Source: Antedon mediterranea
Taxonomy: Eukaryota; Animalia; Echinodermata
Length of the DNA stretch: 64,000 bases
Direction: 5' to 3'
NCBI RefSeq assembly: GCF_964355755.1
Contig: NC_092678.1
Span: forward strand, 8,572,422-8,636,421
Positions 35,135-48,910 of this stretch are shown here, piece by piece (within the stretch, counting starts at the first letter, position 1; every line of letters begins with the position of its first letter). The position numbers and the translations under genes are program-made. The notes beneath the pieces were generated by a model. It had not been told where the DNA came from, did no database searches, and saw only the letters and a program-made list of their open reading frames with translations.

Positions 35135-36643
35135 AGTGGGGTTGGTGAGCATCATGCCAAAATACGCAAACCATTGCAAAAATACGCAAATTGAGGGCGC
35201 TATGCTTTGCCAAAATACAGCCAAAATAAGCAAATCATGCCAAAATACGCAAATTGAGGGCGCTATGCTTTGCCAAAACACACAAATCATGCCAAAAATA
35301 GGCAAATCTGCTTTGCCAAAATACACAAATCATGCGAAAATACGCAAATTGAGAGCGTTTTGATTTGCCAAAATACACAAATCATGCCTAAAAACACAAA
35401 GCTATTTTTGATTAAGGAAAAAACAATTTGCGTGTTTTGGCATGATTTGCGTATTTTGTCAAAGCCGATTTGTTCTTTTCGGCATGATTTGTGTATTTTG
35501 GCAAAGCATAGCGCCCTCAAATTGCGTATTTTCGCATGATTTGTGTATTTTGGCATGATTTGCGTATTTTTGCAAAGCATATTTGCGTATTTTGGCATGA
35601 TTTGCGTATTTTGGCAAAGCATAGCGCCCTCAATTTGCGTATTTTGGCAAAGCAGATTTGCGTATTTTGGTAAAGCAGATTTGCGTATTTTGGCAAAGCA
35701 TAGAGCCCTCAATTTGCGTATTTTGGCATGATTTGCGTATTTTGGCAAAGCAGATTTGCGTATATTAGCATGATTTGTGTATTTAGGCAAAGCATAGCGC
35801 CCTCAAATTGCGTATTTTGGCATGATTTGTGTATTTTGGCATGATTTGCGTATTTTTGCAAAGCAGATTTGCGTATTTTGGCATAAATTGCGTATTTTGG
35901 CAAAGCATAGCGCCCTCAATTTGCGTATTTTGGCATGATTTGCGTATTTTGGCAAAGCAGATTTGCGTATTTTGGCATGATTCGTGTATTTTGGCAAAGC
36001 AGATTTGCGTATTTTGGCATGATTTGTGTATTTTGCCAAAGCAAAACGCCCTCAATTTGCGTATTTTGGCATGATTTGCGTATTTTGGCAAAGCAGATTT
36101 GCGTATTTTGGCATGATTTGTGTATTTTGGCAAAGCAGATTTGCATATTTTAGCATGATTTGTGTATTTTGGCAAAGCAGATTTGCGTATTTTAGCATGA
36201 TTTGTGTATTTTGGCAAAGCAAAACGCCCTCAATTTGCGTATTTTGGCATGATTTGTGTATTTTGGCAAAGAAGATTTGCGTATTTTGGCATGATTTGCG
36301 TATTTTGGCAAGGCATAGCGTCCTCAATTTGAGTATTTTGACATGATTTGCGTATTTTGGCATGAAGCAGATTTGCGTATTTTGGCATGATTTTTGTATT
36401 TTGGCAAAGCAGATTTGCGTGTTATGGCATGATTTGCATATTTTGGCATGATTTGTGTATTTTGGCAAAGCAAAACGCCCTCAATTTGCGTATTTTGGCG
36501 TGATTTGTGTATTTTGGCAAAGTAATACGCCCTCAATTTGCGTAATTTTGCATGATTTGCGTATTTTGGAAAAGCATAGCGCCCTCAATTTGCGTATTTT
36601 GGCAAAATTCTTGCGTATTTTGGCAGGCTACTCACCAACCCTA
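35135..36643. mobile_element. Host MITE with tttgcgtattttggcatga satellite arrays (paralogue of 4138-9123 without the nested inserts)
   Basis: Same termini and flanks as copy A; longer right-hand array. Confidence 0.8.
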
Positions 36644-37206
36644 ATGTCATGTTTATATTTCTAAATAAACTAAAATATTTTGAACAAAAGAATATTTACT
36701 ATGATATTTATTTTACATTTATAAATGCGAAACAATTCATATTTGCAGCATTCTGCCGTTTTCTTTATTGAAATATATAAATTAACGAAATATCATGGAT
36801 CTATTATAAGTAAGATTTTAGTGGTAAGCGCTATAAAAGAGTATAATGAATAATAATAAAGCATATGAATATTCATTAGGCAAATCGTACGTATGTAAAC
36901 ATTAGCATTAGTGCTTAACGACGTAAGCGAAGTGATGGCCAACAGCTAAAACCAAATAAATAATAATAATTGTCACGATAACAGAAAAGTAGGCCTAAGA
37001 AAAACTATATTTTGTGAAAAACTTTCTCCCATTCAAGAGGTGCATAGAACCCCTCACTTGTAACTACTCACATGTCATCCCTTGCCTATATAACTTATAA
37101 CACTCTTCCTGATGCTCATGTTTGCTTATAGTATTTTAAACAGACAAATTTGATAGTAGACTGGTCCAAGCAAGGAAAAACTAATCTGTTCATATATGAA
37201 CATTTA

Positions 37207-37618
37207 TATGGCAAGCCAAGTCCGCCAAAAGTCTTCAATCCATACCGTTCACCATCAATGCATTTATAATCAATCCAAACCATTTATTTAAAAATTCAAC
37301 GCGAAAATAAGATATTTGCTTGAACAACAGCTAACCTGATGATGATTGGTTTGGTTTCCCGATGTCTCGTCTGGTCTGGCGATGAATCATTTGACTTCTT
37401 CACGAAGATCGATTTGACTTCGCGATGAATGGTTTGGCATGGCAATGCATGGCTTGACAATGAATGGTTTATTTGACAATGAATTGATTTTAATAATAAT
37501 AACAAATGCTTTGGCTATATGACGGTGATTTAGTTTTTTAAATGATGGATTTGGATTGATTATGAATGCATCGTGAATGGTATGGATTTATGACTTTTGG
37601 GGGACTTGGCTTGCCATA
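37207..37618. mobile_element. IS3EU-like MITE (paralogue of 9445-9846)
   Basis: TATGG...CCATA termini; TSD cattta. Confidence 0.7.
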
Positions 37619-37781
37619 CATTTAGTAAGGATTATTAAGCGCTTAACAACAAGATAACCATTTATAAACAAAAAATAAAAACAAATCTTATTAAAACTAG
37701 ATTTGAACTCGTCACTTTGCACGAGTTAGGTCATCCACACGTTGAAATATTAACGCACAGACTGATTATGTCATCTTATTA

Positions 37782-39915
37782 GGCCTAAAAAAAAATTTGT
37801 TTGCTGTCATCCGCCGCCCCTAATTTCGCAAACAATTTGGGGCAGAGATAAGAAAAAGTTTTTTTTTACGTTGAGGGCGCTTTAAAAAAAAAGTTTTTTT
37901 ATGATTTTTTTTGGCCGAAAACAATAAAAATAATAACGTAGCGTATATTTCGGTGTATAATCGCACTTTTGACACTCAAATTTAACCTCTAAATTAAGGG
38001 TGCGTCTTATACACCGAACATAAATGCCTCAACACACAGATATCGCCACTAATCAAAGGCTGGACCACCGGTGGTATTTTCATGATAAAAAATATTATCA
38101 AATACATGCCAACATCATGTTAAATGCTGTTTGGATATTTAATTGTTCGTTTTAGGCAATTTATTTAGTAAAAACTGCCGTATAAACAGTTCGCTTTATC
38201 AACCGGGCGCTACGATATCGTGACCGGGCGTGTTGGTGTTTACGCGTTTTCACGAGGGATAGTTTAATAATATTCTTATATTTAACTTGTTTCTGGTAAA
38301 ACAAATAAATGTTAATGAAATTTAACATTTTATCCTGTTAATAACATGTATTTTATACTAATCTATATCATAAAAACAATACTTAATTTACCGGGCGTAG
38401 AGTAGTACGGAGCAATGGTAAAGAATAGGCCGTGTTGAGTAACGATTCGTTGATTTTTGGTGTTGCTGTGTTAGGCCTTTTTTGTGAACTAATTTAGCAT
38501 GTTAGTAAATAATTGTCTGTAAAAGTGAATGTACACTAGTTTGTTAATAAATATGTATTATAAAATAGTTTACAATTGCAAAATATATTATCATAATTCT
38601 ATTTAATGTGACATGTATAATATCTATTAAATCAAGTCTTATTTAGTATGTATACATCCGCCCTTATGAGGGCGGGCATCACTCTCTGGAGCTCTCTGTT
38701 ACAAATTTCTCATGCAAAAATCGCGGAATACTCATTCTTGTGATATATATTATTTGGTATTACCAAAGAACTTATAACACAAGAATCTCCTGTTCGTCCG
38801 AAGCGCGTAACAATTTCGAAAGGCATTGTGGGATAGAATAGAGCTATGGGTGGTGCCATTGTGAGCCATGGAGTAGGGCGCCCGCATCAAATTAGAAAGT
38901 CAAAATCATAGAGGGGATCTGCTAATGCTCTAGGGGGGATAGAGTAATTGACTGAGGAGTAGGGCGCCCACATCAAATTAGAAAGTCAAAATCATAGAGG
39001 GGATCTGCTAATGCTCTAGGGGGATAGAGTAGTTGACTGAGGAGTAGGGCGCCCGCATCAAATTAGAAAGTCAAAATCATAGAGGGGTTCTGCTAATACT
39101 CTAGGGGGGGGGGGGGGGGGTAGAGTAATTGACTTCCTAGTTTGGAGGGGGCGCTGCTCCATGCAGTGAAATGGCGTCGCTCAGTTTGACCTTTTAACCC
39201 TGCACTTCCGATACTGTGTTTTGAATGCAAATTGAAGAACAGGAGATTCTTGTGTTATAAGTTCTTTGGCATTACTAAAGAGTAGGCCTAGCCCAGCTAC
39301 AGTGTACTAGCGTAAAAGCAACCTGCTAGTTTTCAAGGCATTTTAGCGTGATTTTGTACTAAATATGATGAAAAGATTTGTTCATTGAGCTGTTTTAGGC
39401 GCTCCGATAAAATTTCATTTGTAAACGTTTACGATTGGAATAGTATTATAGTTATACGCATGACCGTCGTACCCCCAGCGCGAGCGAGCCCTTCTTGGCA
39501 ACCACATGGTGTAGTGCAGTATTCGACTAGAATATTCTCCAGTTGATTATAGCATTGACCTAGCGTACATACTTCTAGGATACATAGATAGTTAGGGGGT
39601 GCGTTTTATACACAGGTGCGACTTATACACCGAAATATACGGTACACTAACTTCTAAAATATTTAATTAGGCCTGCTAACAACGACCTACTGTGTAGTAG
39701 GCCTAGCCTAGGCTAGTTTAGACACGGGGCCTAACGCGCCCAAAACAGAATTAAAGTGTGAAACAAATTATGAATAGATGTTTGAGCTCGTTGTTTTATT
39801 CAGTGTGTTTTGTTACTCTCAAATTCGCGTACAATTAACAGAGAAATTAACATAAAAAAAAAAAATAAAAAAAATTTTTTTCCAACTTGACAGCAAACAA
39901 TTTTTTTTTTAGGCC
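37782..39915. mobile_element. TTA-flanked DNA transposon with two further nested MITEs (37941-39642 TA-flanked Tc1/mariner-like; 38763-39269)
   Basis: Outer TIR ggcctaaaaaaaaa.ttgtttgctgtca, with the empty site atcttattatatgaag at ~10001. Inner TIRs are cgtatatttcggtgtataa and ccaaagaacttataacacaagaatctcctgttc. An ~85-bp tandem repeat x3 lies at 38870-39135. Confidence 0.8.
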
Positions 39916-41556
39916 TTATATGAAGTAAAGAAATTATATTACAGTACTTAAATTTGTGTCATCTGTCAAATGAATTTCATATTACATGAAAGCTTAACTT
40001 ATTTTCTACATAGGCCTTGGCTAGGGCTAAGCATATTTGCTAAAGTGTGAGAAGATGAAGATAAAAGTTGTGAATCAGAACAATGCGCAGAAGGTCACAA
40101 GTGAGTTCATGACAGAAGAACATATAAACCACAATGAGCAGGAAGTTGAGGAAAGAGAAGAATGGTTGTTGAGGAAAGAGAGGAATGGTTGTTGAGGAAA
40201 GAGAGGAATGGTTGTTGAGGAAAGAGAGGAATGGTTGTTGAGGAAAGAGAGGAGCATGAACAGAAGAAGGTAACTGACTACAAAAAAAGTAAAATTGTTA
40301 CACAAACAAGAAAGCAGCGAGCACTTCGAAGGAACAGTCCGAAAACGAAGGTATGGCAGGAAAAAAAACCCCAAAAATATATTATTCTTAAGAGTATACA
40401 TTATAATATATTTACCCTATTGTAATTTCCTGGTGAAGTTCGTAACTGTATAACACTAAATGTTATATGAGCTAGAAATATAAATAAGCAACATAAACTG
40501 TTCTAATGGGTCAAAGATCAAAAAGCGGATATGTCTACTTCAGGAAATCCATCTAACAAAAGAGTGTTTGGGAAGGTGAAGCGATCCATAGTATAGGTAA
40601 TTCACATAGTAGAGGAGTTTAGATACTATTAAGAAAGTGTCTTGAATGCAAAATTGTTAAAAAGGTTAATTGATCTAATATTATATATATATATATATTT
40701 CTTAATTCAATGATAAATTGAAAAATCATTGGTCATTATAAATAGTTATGCTCTTAATGAAATCAAACATAGAAGTGCTTTCTTCATGACCATACATAAA
40801 CAAATGTTACAATGACTTTATGAAGGGAATGGTAATTTTATTATTCTAGGTGGGGATCTGTATTGCATCATGAATAGTGACGACATTGACCAAAAAAGGT
40901 AGCGCAAATAGGCTATGCAAATCTTAACATTTATCTATTCCATTCACATACTATTTATATATTAAATATTTCACCATTGCTCTGAAACCTAATTATGTCT
41001 GTTTTCATTCAACAACAAGCATTTCCTGACATATTCTTATATTCATCACACTGAACTGATTAATAAATGGCGGGACGTTTTTTGAAATTGGTGGATGTGA
41101 AATTTGAACAAGGAGTGGAGTTGTGGCTTGGTGAATGTTTGGCTACCAATCCAAGGGTCCTGGGTTCAAGTCTTGTCATATTAAAAAATAATAATAACAA
41201 CTGCCAGTCGAAGAATCTAAACCCAAAACGAATTTTTAAAATATTGCCGGAACTGGCACTCATGATTCATAAAATCATTTTTTTGGGTAAGGGGAGGGGG
41301 GGGGGGGGCGGGGAGAGTGTGTAATTTTTAATTAACCTACTTTCCTACAACAGTTCAAACGTGATGAGAGCATTTTAGGAATAATGGACATGTTTGTAAA
41401 GATTTGTGCCGTTTAAAAACTGCAATAATCATTTGTTGAAAAATTAGGAAATGTATAGCATTTATTATATTTTGAAGAAAACAAAAGGCATTGTACAGCA
41501 ATGAATAAACAAATAAAAACCAAACGTAATCTAATAAATATAAAGATAATACTTAC

Positions 41557-41709
41557 TTTTTATTTTAAGAAGTAACTTGACTAAATGTTAATTCAAATTC
41601 AGTTTTGATGTTACAACTTCGTTAAATGGATTTGCTTGGTATGCTGCTATTCTTGAATGGCTAAACTTGCTAAAGTCTGATATTTTTCTTTTTGTAAGTG
41701 CATTTTATA
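41557..41709 (-). promoter_or_regulatory. Candidate core promoter and non-coding exon 1 of gene B
   Basis: TATAAAA at 41709-41703, TCAGAC with its A at 41678, and GTAAGT donor at 41556-41551. Confidence 0.55.
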
Positions 41710-44700
41710 GCTTCATGAGCAAGTGTTCTCAGAGCATTCAACCAATTACATTCAAGTACCATAACATTTAATAATTCTGAAAAATATTGATGTTATATAA
41801 GCTGTTAAGTATTGGCAAACAACGTCTACCGACTATGACACAGCGATATTGCGTCGATTTTTGATATTTAATATACAACTCTTGGACCCAATGTTCTCGG
41901 ATACCGCTTTGGCGACGCATGAGCAGCAATCAAAGAAAAATACGAAACACTAGACACACCGCAGAATGCATGAAGATATCAAAATCAAATTTTTTTAATA
42001 AACCGTGTATTACACGACCGTCCATAATTCCACTCATCCTCTAGTTTCGTTTACTCTGAATATTCCTAACTATGGAAATGTTCTATATAAAACATTGTGG
42101 TGACATGACGTGCAATACAAACTATTGAACGGTCGTTCAATAGTACTATTTCTGTGATTCTAAACGTAAAATCCAACAGCGCCACCTATACAATAACAAA
42201 CATTAACTCTCGTTTCGCGACTCTACAGCTTATTTTGTCGGTCGGTTGGTCGTTTAATCGGTTGGTCGGTCGGTAAACACTAACTTGTATATGGCCTTGT
42301 CTTGACATCAGTTTCATCTAGCTAAGTCAATTTTTTACAGTACATTCCTTATGGCCAGGGATCGATATGGTTATGTTTTCACGGTGCGCAATAAAACATT
42401 ACGCGGTCTTTGCACGATTTAACAAAATCACGTTTGTAATCATGTCTTCACAAGCATGAATCACAATTAAATAAAATTTGGTACTCATAAATTTCAGGTC
42501 ATATTTCATCATATGGCAAAACATTTACGTGCTTAGATTTTTGTATGCACTCTTTTTGCCCGATTTCTGTTTTACAACCTTTCTTTAATAATATCATCAA
42601 TAATCTCCATGTAGGGCTTTCTCTTTCCATCCCTTAGTTTTCTCCTCTTGCCACCTCTTCTGATAATCTATAAGAATTCCTTTTTCATCTAACACCTTCT
42701 CCTTTAAAGCAAATTGCAGCATCCACTGTAGTATATTTACTCTACTCTACAGCTCACTATGTCTGTCGGATGGTTGGTCGGTCTGTTGATCGGTCGGTAA
42801 ACACCAACTCAAATTAGGCCTTCAATTCCGTATTCCATAACTCCCCGCATAGCCGCCCCCCCATACCTCCACTTCACTGCCAATCAGTCCCAGCCTATCC
42901 TCATGAAAATTATATTTACTTCAATTATTAATACCGATAATTAACAGGGTTGTGCTCGATTTAACCTTATGACCTTGAAAATAAGATTTAAGTAAGTAAC
43001 TTGAACAGTGAACTTGATTATCTTCCGCAATATGTCATAAAAGATATAATAATGGTTACATTTGTTAAATTTGCTTATAAGTTGTTGAAAATAATTTTTG
43101 ACATTATAACCTTGAACAACGAACTACAACTGCCATCAGGATAGAGTTCCTTGCCTGCTTTCGTGTTGATCACTTTTTACAGGAAAGGAACGATACTATA
43201 CAACATTTTCACATGAATAAAATGTATGCTCTTCATTCAATGTTACTAATTTCAGCAGCAATATTGAATATTTACCCCATCTGGGTTAAAAATCTTGTGG
43301 GTGGGTTTCCGCGGTCTACAAATATTGTGATTTTAAAAACATATTATAAACTAGAACAAATCTGCCTACCAGGATTAAAGTAAATACAAAAAACTGCAAC
43401 AGTTTTCAACATCATTTAATAAACATTTATTTGACATCATTAAAAGGTTAATAAAGTTCAACATGTTGTAAAAGTAGATAATGTTTTCGATTCGGAACAA
43501 AGTTGCCAGCAACAAAATTATTGACTCCTCATCATTCTCATTAAATAAACTGTTATTTGACATCATTGAAAGGTTAAAAAAGTTCAACAAGTTATACAAA
43601 AACATTTAGTATCCCGCCCTCTATATAACAATTCTAACAGAAAACTTTTTTCAGGCAATTAAATTAATCATCTCTCTTTTTAAAAATTAAATTTTATTTT
43701 TTTAAAATATATATTTCGAGGAAGATAGGCCTAATTATGCAAATTTTATGTGCAAGGATTAACATAATATCATGGTCTACACTTTCTTTGAAAATAAAAC
43801 GACAATAATGGAAAAAGAGAGGGCTCAAGACATTTCTCACGTGTACCGTGAAATTAAGTTGTCTCTGAGAAAACACACGGAATAATAATGTATTGTCAGG
43901 TTAAATAAACAAGTTATATATTTCTCCTTCACAGGAGTCCACAACTATGTAAGAACACAAATCGCATCCTGCCTGCTATAACAATTTAATTTTTTTTTTA
44001 GGAAATTATTATTAGATTATTCATCATTCAAATAGTGATTGCTTATTATAATAAAAATATTATATAATTACATAATAATAATATATAATGTAAATTATGT
44101 TTGCATATAGATATGTTAAGGCCAGTAGGACTAATTGTATCGTAAACCATTAATTTGTCAATTTGTTTTAGAATCGGTATGAGAATACAAAATCGCACTA
44201 TGATCGGCATAGAGAAGCATCTTACAATCGTTATCGATTGAAGAGGGTACATCGTTGGTAAATAACAAGGGTCCGAGAAGGCTTACCCCATTTATATCTA
44301 CTTACTTGTTGACGAGAGGATACATAATTCCTAAACCAATTGACGGTTGACGGACTTAAATGCTACCTCCAAAAGACTCGGGAACTTAACATGTGGGCCA
44401 ACTACAGTTCCGACTTTTCGCAGGAATTAGCTGCTATAGAGTTACGTAATCGACCCCTCGCGGAATATTGACACGCTTTTTTCCGAATATTTTCCGCGGA
44501 CAGTACGCGTGCAAGGGTTAGATCATTTCTGGATATTATTGTATCAGGCCGAGGTCACTATGACCTTAGTAATCAGTTTATGATTATAATTTTTTCTGTA
44601 AAGTTGTAGGCTAGACTATATTTAGACAAAAAAATGAAAATTAATCCTTTTTTTTTCTGAAGAAAGAACAACAATTAAAACTTTTGAAAAAAAAATCTAG

Positions 44701-46150
44701 GGATGTTTTTATAAGAAAAAGAAATTCTTGTTTAGATATGCTAAATTTAGGTCTAGTATCATATTCTATTCTATGCTCTTCATCTGTTTAAAAATGTCAG
44801 GGTATCCAAGCTACTTTACGTTGTGCTACTGCTTATTGGAAAATTGCCACTGTTTTTAATTTACAACCAACCAATCACAAACTAGGATAATCTGCCTACC
44901 AGAAATAAAGAATAGCATGACAACAAACTTTTTATCTTAATAATATTACAGTTATACTCTTAACCTGTTTAATATTTCAGGGTATCCGAGCTACTTTACG
45001 TTGTGCTACTGCTTATTGGAAAATTGCCACTGTTTTTAATTTACAACCAACCAATCACAAACTAGGATAATCTGCCTACCAGAAATAAAGAATAGCATGG
45101 CAACTATATTACAGATTACAGATTTATTTGACATCCTTGAAACACAGGGTTTTGACAAAATGACTCAAGACCTACAATTCGCCAATAATGCAAATGCGCC
45201 GTCTGAGTAGTCAAATGGTTTAGACTATGGACTTTGCATGTCGATGTATGGGGTTCGAATCCCACGAGCAATTTATTTTTATTTTATAGTGAGAGAGATT
45301 ATTTAGAGGGTTAGGTTAAGTTATATTCCTCCTTCAAATAAGGAGTCCACAACTACTGTACGGAAAAAAAATCGCATCCCGCCTGCTATAACAATAATTC
45401 AAACCTTTTTCAGGAAATTATTATTAAATTATTTATTTTTTCTTCAAAAATATAAATTAATGCCATTAGCCTAAATATATTGTATAAGATACAATAACCG
45501 TATACTTTGCTATTGCGGACGTAGCATAGTAATAATGTAATAATAACAACAATAATAATAATAATAAACTGTCGTTGTAGCTTTTTTTTATGTGTTTAAA
45601 TTGTGTCACAGAATGCAATTACCAAAATATTGCAGTCTGCATTATCTTTGAAATTAATATGACAAAAGTATATTAGGATGTGTCAAATCATACTATTTTA
45701 GTATATAATTTTATTGAATTTTTCTCTCGTTTGTTTTAAATTTAGGTCTAGTATCTATGTTGCTATTCATCTCTTTCACAGAGTTTCGGAGTTCCTTCAC
45801 TTTGTACTACGGTAATAAGAAAAATTGCCATCATTTGCAATTTACAACCAACCAATCACAAACTAGGAAAATCTGCCAACCAGAAATAAATAATAACATG
45901 ACAAAGTTCTTATCTTTAGTAAGAATACAGTATTCAAACTCATATTCAGTTTTATTTTCAGGCTTACAGGGTTAAAAAAATAACAAAGGACTACAGCTGA
46001 CTTCAGGAGTTCCTTTCCTGCTGTCATTCCGTTTTGATCAATTTTTACAGGAAGGGAACGATACGATACGACATTTCATATTAATAAAATGTATGTTCTT
46101 CATTTTAGGTGTCCCTGGGCCAATGTTTAAACATTTTCTGGGCTCCTTCG

Positions 46151-48064
46151 TACGGTGGCCCACAACTGTCACGCACATTATAACACAGAATCACACAATT
46201 AAAGAAGGAATTACACAATTAAAGAAGGAATCACACAATTAAAGAAGAAATCGCACAATTAAAGAAGAAATCGCATATAAACAAAAGAAAGCATGAAAAT
46301 ATAAAACGAAATGCACAAATAAAGAAGAAACGCGCAATTAAAGAAGAGCTAAGCACAATTAAAGAAGTCCGCAACAAATTCGAAAGCTCCTCGCACAATT
46401 AAAGAAGTCCGCAACAAATTCGAAAGCTCCTCGCACAATTAAAAAATTCCGCAACAAATTCGAAAGTACCTCACACACAATTAAAGTACAGTAGTCCGTA
46501 TGGAACGCCATTGCTGCCTCCGGCAGCAAATTTTAATTCTATTCGGCTCTTTTACCATTACGTTCGGCTCTTTTAGCATTCGGCGCATTTCTATTCGGCC
46601 CATTTACCATTTCGTTCGGCTCTTTCAGCATTCGGCGCATTTCTATTTGGCCCATTTACCATTACGTTCGGCTCTTTCAGCATTCGGCTCTTTTTTATTC
46701 GGCCCATTTACCATTACGTTCGGCTCTTTTTAATTCGACCCTTTTTTATTCGGCTCTTTCTGCATTACGTTCGGCTCTTTTTGATTTGGCCCTTTTTTAT
46801 ACGGCGCAATTCAATTCTAACCTTTTACATGGGATCAAATGGAAGAAAATCAACGGCTGGAAATGAGTCTATGAAAAGTTTACAAAACATTTAGATGCAG
46901 CATGTAGATTGTTGGTTGAATTAAATGAATTTGAAGGCTATTTCAATATAACTAATCATTTTATTGACATGATTAATGTGTTAGTTAGAGAACTTGCAAT
47001 TGTCCAACCTTATTGACCATTTTGAGAGAGAAAAGGTTTGATTCATGGCCTAGGCTAGCTAGTGTCAGCCTAACATTTAATAATAATAATTTACCCTTTC
47101 TCTCTAAAAATTTGTTAAAAGATGAATTAATTTTAGGTTATTCAACACATCTTTAATCGGTTGGCTACTCATGGTTGGCGCCATGATGATCAAATTTTTG
47201 TAAACTTTTCATAGACTCATTTCCAGTCATTGATTTTCTTCCATTTGACCCCATGTCAAAGGTTAGATTTTAATTGCGCCATATAAAAAAATGCCGATTT
47301 AAAAAGAGCCCAACGTAATGCAGAAAGAGCCGAATAAAAAAGGGCCGAATCAAAAAGAGCCGAACGTAATGTTAAATGGGCCGAATAAAAAAGAGCCGAA
47401 TGCTGAAAGAGCCGAATGTAATGGTAAATGGGCCGAATAAAAAGAGCCGAATGCTGAAAGAGCCGAACGTAATGGTAAATGGACCAAATAGAAATGCGCC
47501 GAATGCTGAAAGAGCCGAACGTAATGGTAAAAAGGCCGAATAGAAATGCGCCGAATGGTAAAAGAGCCGAATAGAATTAGAGTTTGCTGCCGGAGGCAGC
47601 GATGGCGTTCCATACGGACTACGGTACTTTAATTGTGCGAGGTACTTTCGAATTTGTTGCGGACTTCTTTAATTGTGTGAGGAGCTTTCGAATTTGTTGC
47701 GCGAACTTCTTTAATTGTGCGAGGTACTTTCGAATTTGTTGCGGACTTGTTTAATTGTGCGAGGAGCTTTTGATTGTGTTGCGAACTTCTTTAATTGTGG
47801 GAGGAGCTTTCGAATTTGTTGCGGACTTCTTTAATTGTGCGAGGAGCTTTCGAATTTGCTGCGGACTTCTTTAATTGTGCTTAGCTCTTCTTTAATTGCG
47901 CGTTTCTTCTTTATTTGTGCATTTCGTTTTATATTTTCATGCTTTCTTTTGTTTATATGCGATTCCTTCTTTAATTGTGTGATTTCTTCTTTAATTGTGT
48001 GATTTCTTCTTTAATTGTGTGAATATGATTTATATAGTGTGCGTGACAGTTGTGGGCCACCGTA
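46151..48064. mobile_element. IS3EU-like non-autonomous foldback element (1.9 kb, ~750-bp inverted arms of tandem sub-repeats)
   Basis: TACGG...CCGTA termini and 6-bp TSD ccttcg (46145-46150, 48065-48070). Arms 46151-~46890 and ~47195-48064 are reverse complements. Confidence 0.8.
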
Positions 48065-48832
48065 CCTTCGGTCTACTAATATTATGATTTCAAAAATACC
48101 AACCAATTATAAACTAGGACAAATCTGCCTACCAGCCTAATACAAAAACTGAAACAGTTTTCAACATCATGTTATAATAAACATTTATTTGACATCATTG
48201 AAAGGTTAAGTACAACTTATAAAAGTAGATACAGATTTCATAATTTAATAAAGGTATAAACGATGGAAAGAGGAACATTTAACTTTATCTAATAAATTAA
48301 AATAAATGATAATAAATGTATCTAATACTGTAGGATCTCTTTCTTTGTGGAGGAAACCAACTTTTATTTTACAAGTAAAATCATTATCTATAAATGTAGG
48401 CCTAATACATCTTTAAAATATAATTGTACAAAATTTAAAATAAAATCAAGTTCTATCCTCCTGTGAATACTTTTGAACATTTCAATACAATGTTACTGTA
48501 TATTCTCTACTGACAGTCAATCACATTCACAAAATGTCATGGTTCGTATATTACCCTAAAATAGAATAACACCATATCACATTCAAATAAAACGATGTCA
48601 AACCACCCGTCGTAGTTATTCGTATATTATCAGTAAATCAATCAATCGGTTTTCTAGTTTAAAAAAATTGATTTCGACTTAGTTTGTTTGATTTTTTGTT
48701 TTAAATTAACCTGTTAAATATGTTAGGGTATATGAGCTACGGAAACAAAATTAACGTCATTTAAATTTTCTTGTTATTCAGTTAAAATGCAAAATTGTGC
48801 GTGCATTGAAGAACGACAATCTTCATGGCTTT

Positions 48833-48910
48833 TTACCGATTGTAGGTTCAACACCATGTACTCTGTATGAGTCTGGTAATTTAATTTGATGGCTGCAGTT
48901 TTTCTAGAAA
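48833..48910 (-). pseudogene. Highly decayed copy of the dehydratase exon at 22758-22897
   Basis: aggttcaacaccatgtactctg...gtctggtaat...atggctgcag resembles 22765-22820 (YGVEP motif). Confidence 0.5.

Larger units (their letters stand above)
30997..48910. repeat. Second unit of a ~31-kb tandem segmental duplication (the first unit starts left of base 1)
   Basis: 1-4330 ~ 30997-35280; 9100-10960 ~ 36600-40740; 10975-11700 ~ 41487-42220; 13990-15080 ~ 42815-43620; 16180-17040 ~ 44690-45400. The right boundary is uncertain. Confidence 0.85.

Noticed and set aside
35126-36664. Many overlapping ORFs (LCQNTQIMPKYAN / ICVFWHDL), also at 8366-9144
   Set aside because: Translations of stop-poor satellite arms of a MITE, open in several frames on both strands.
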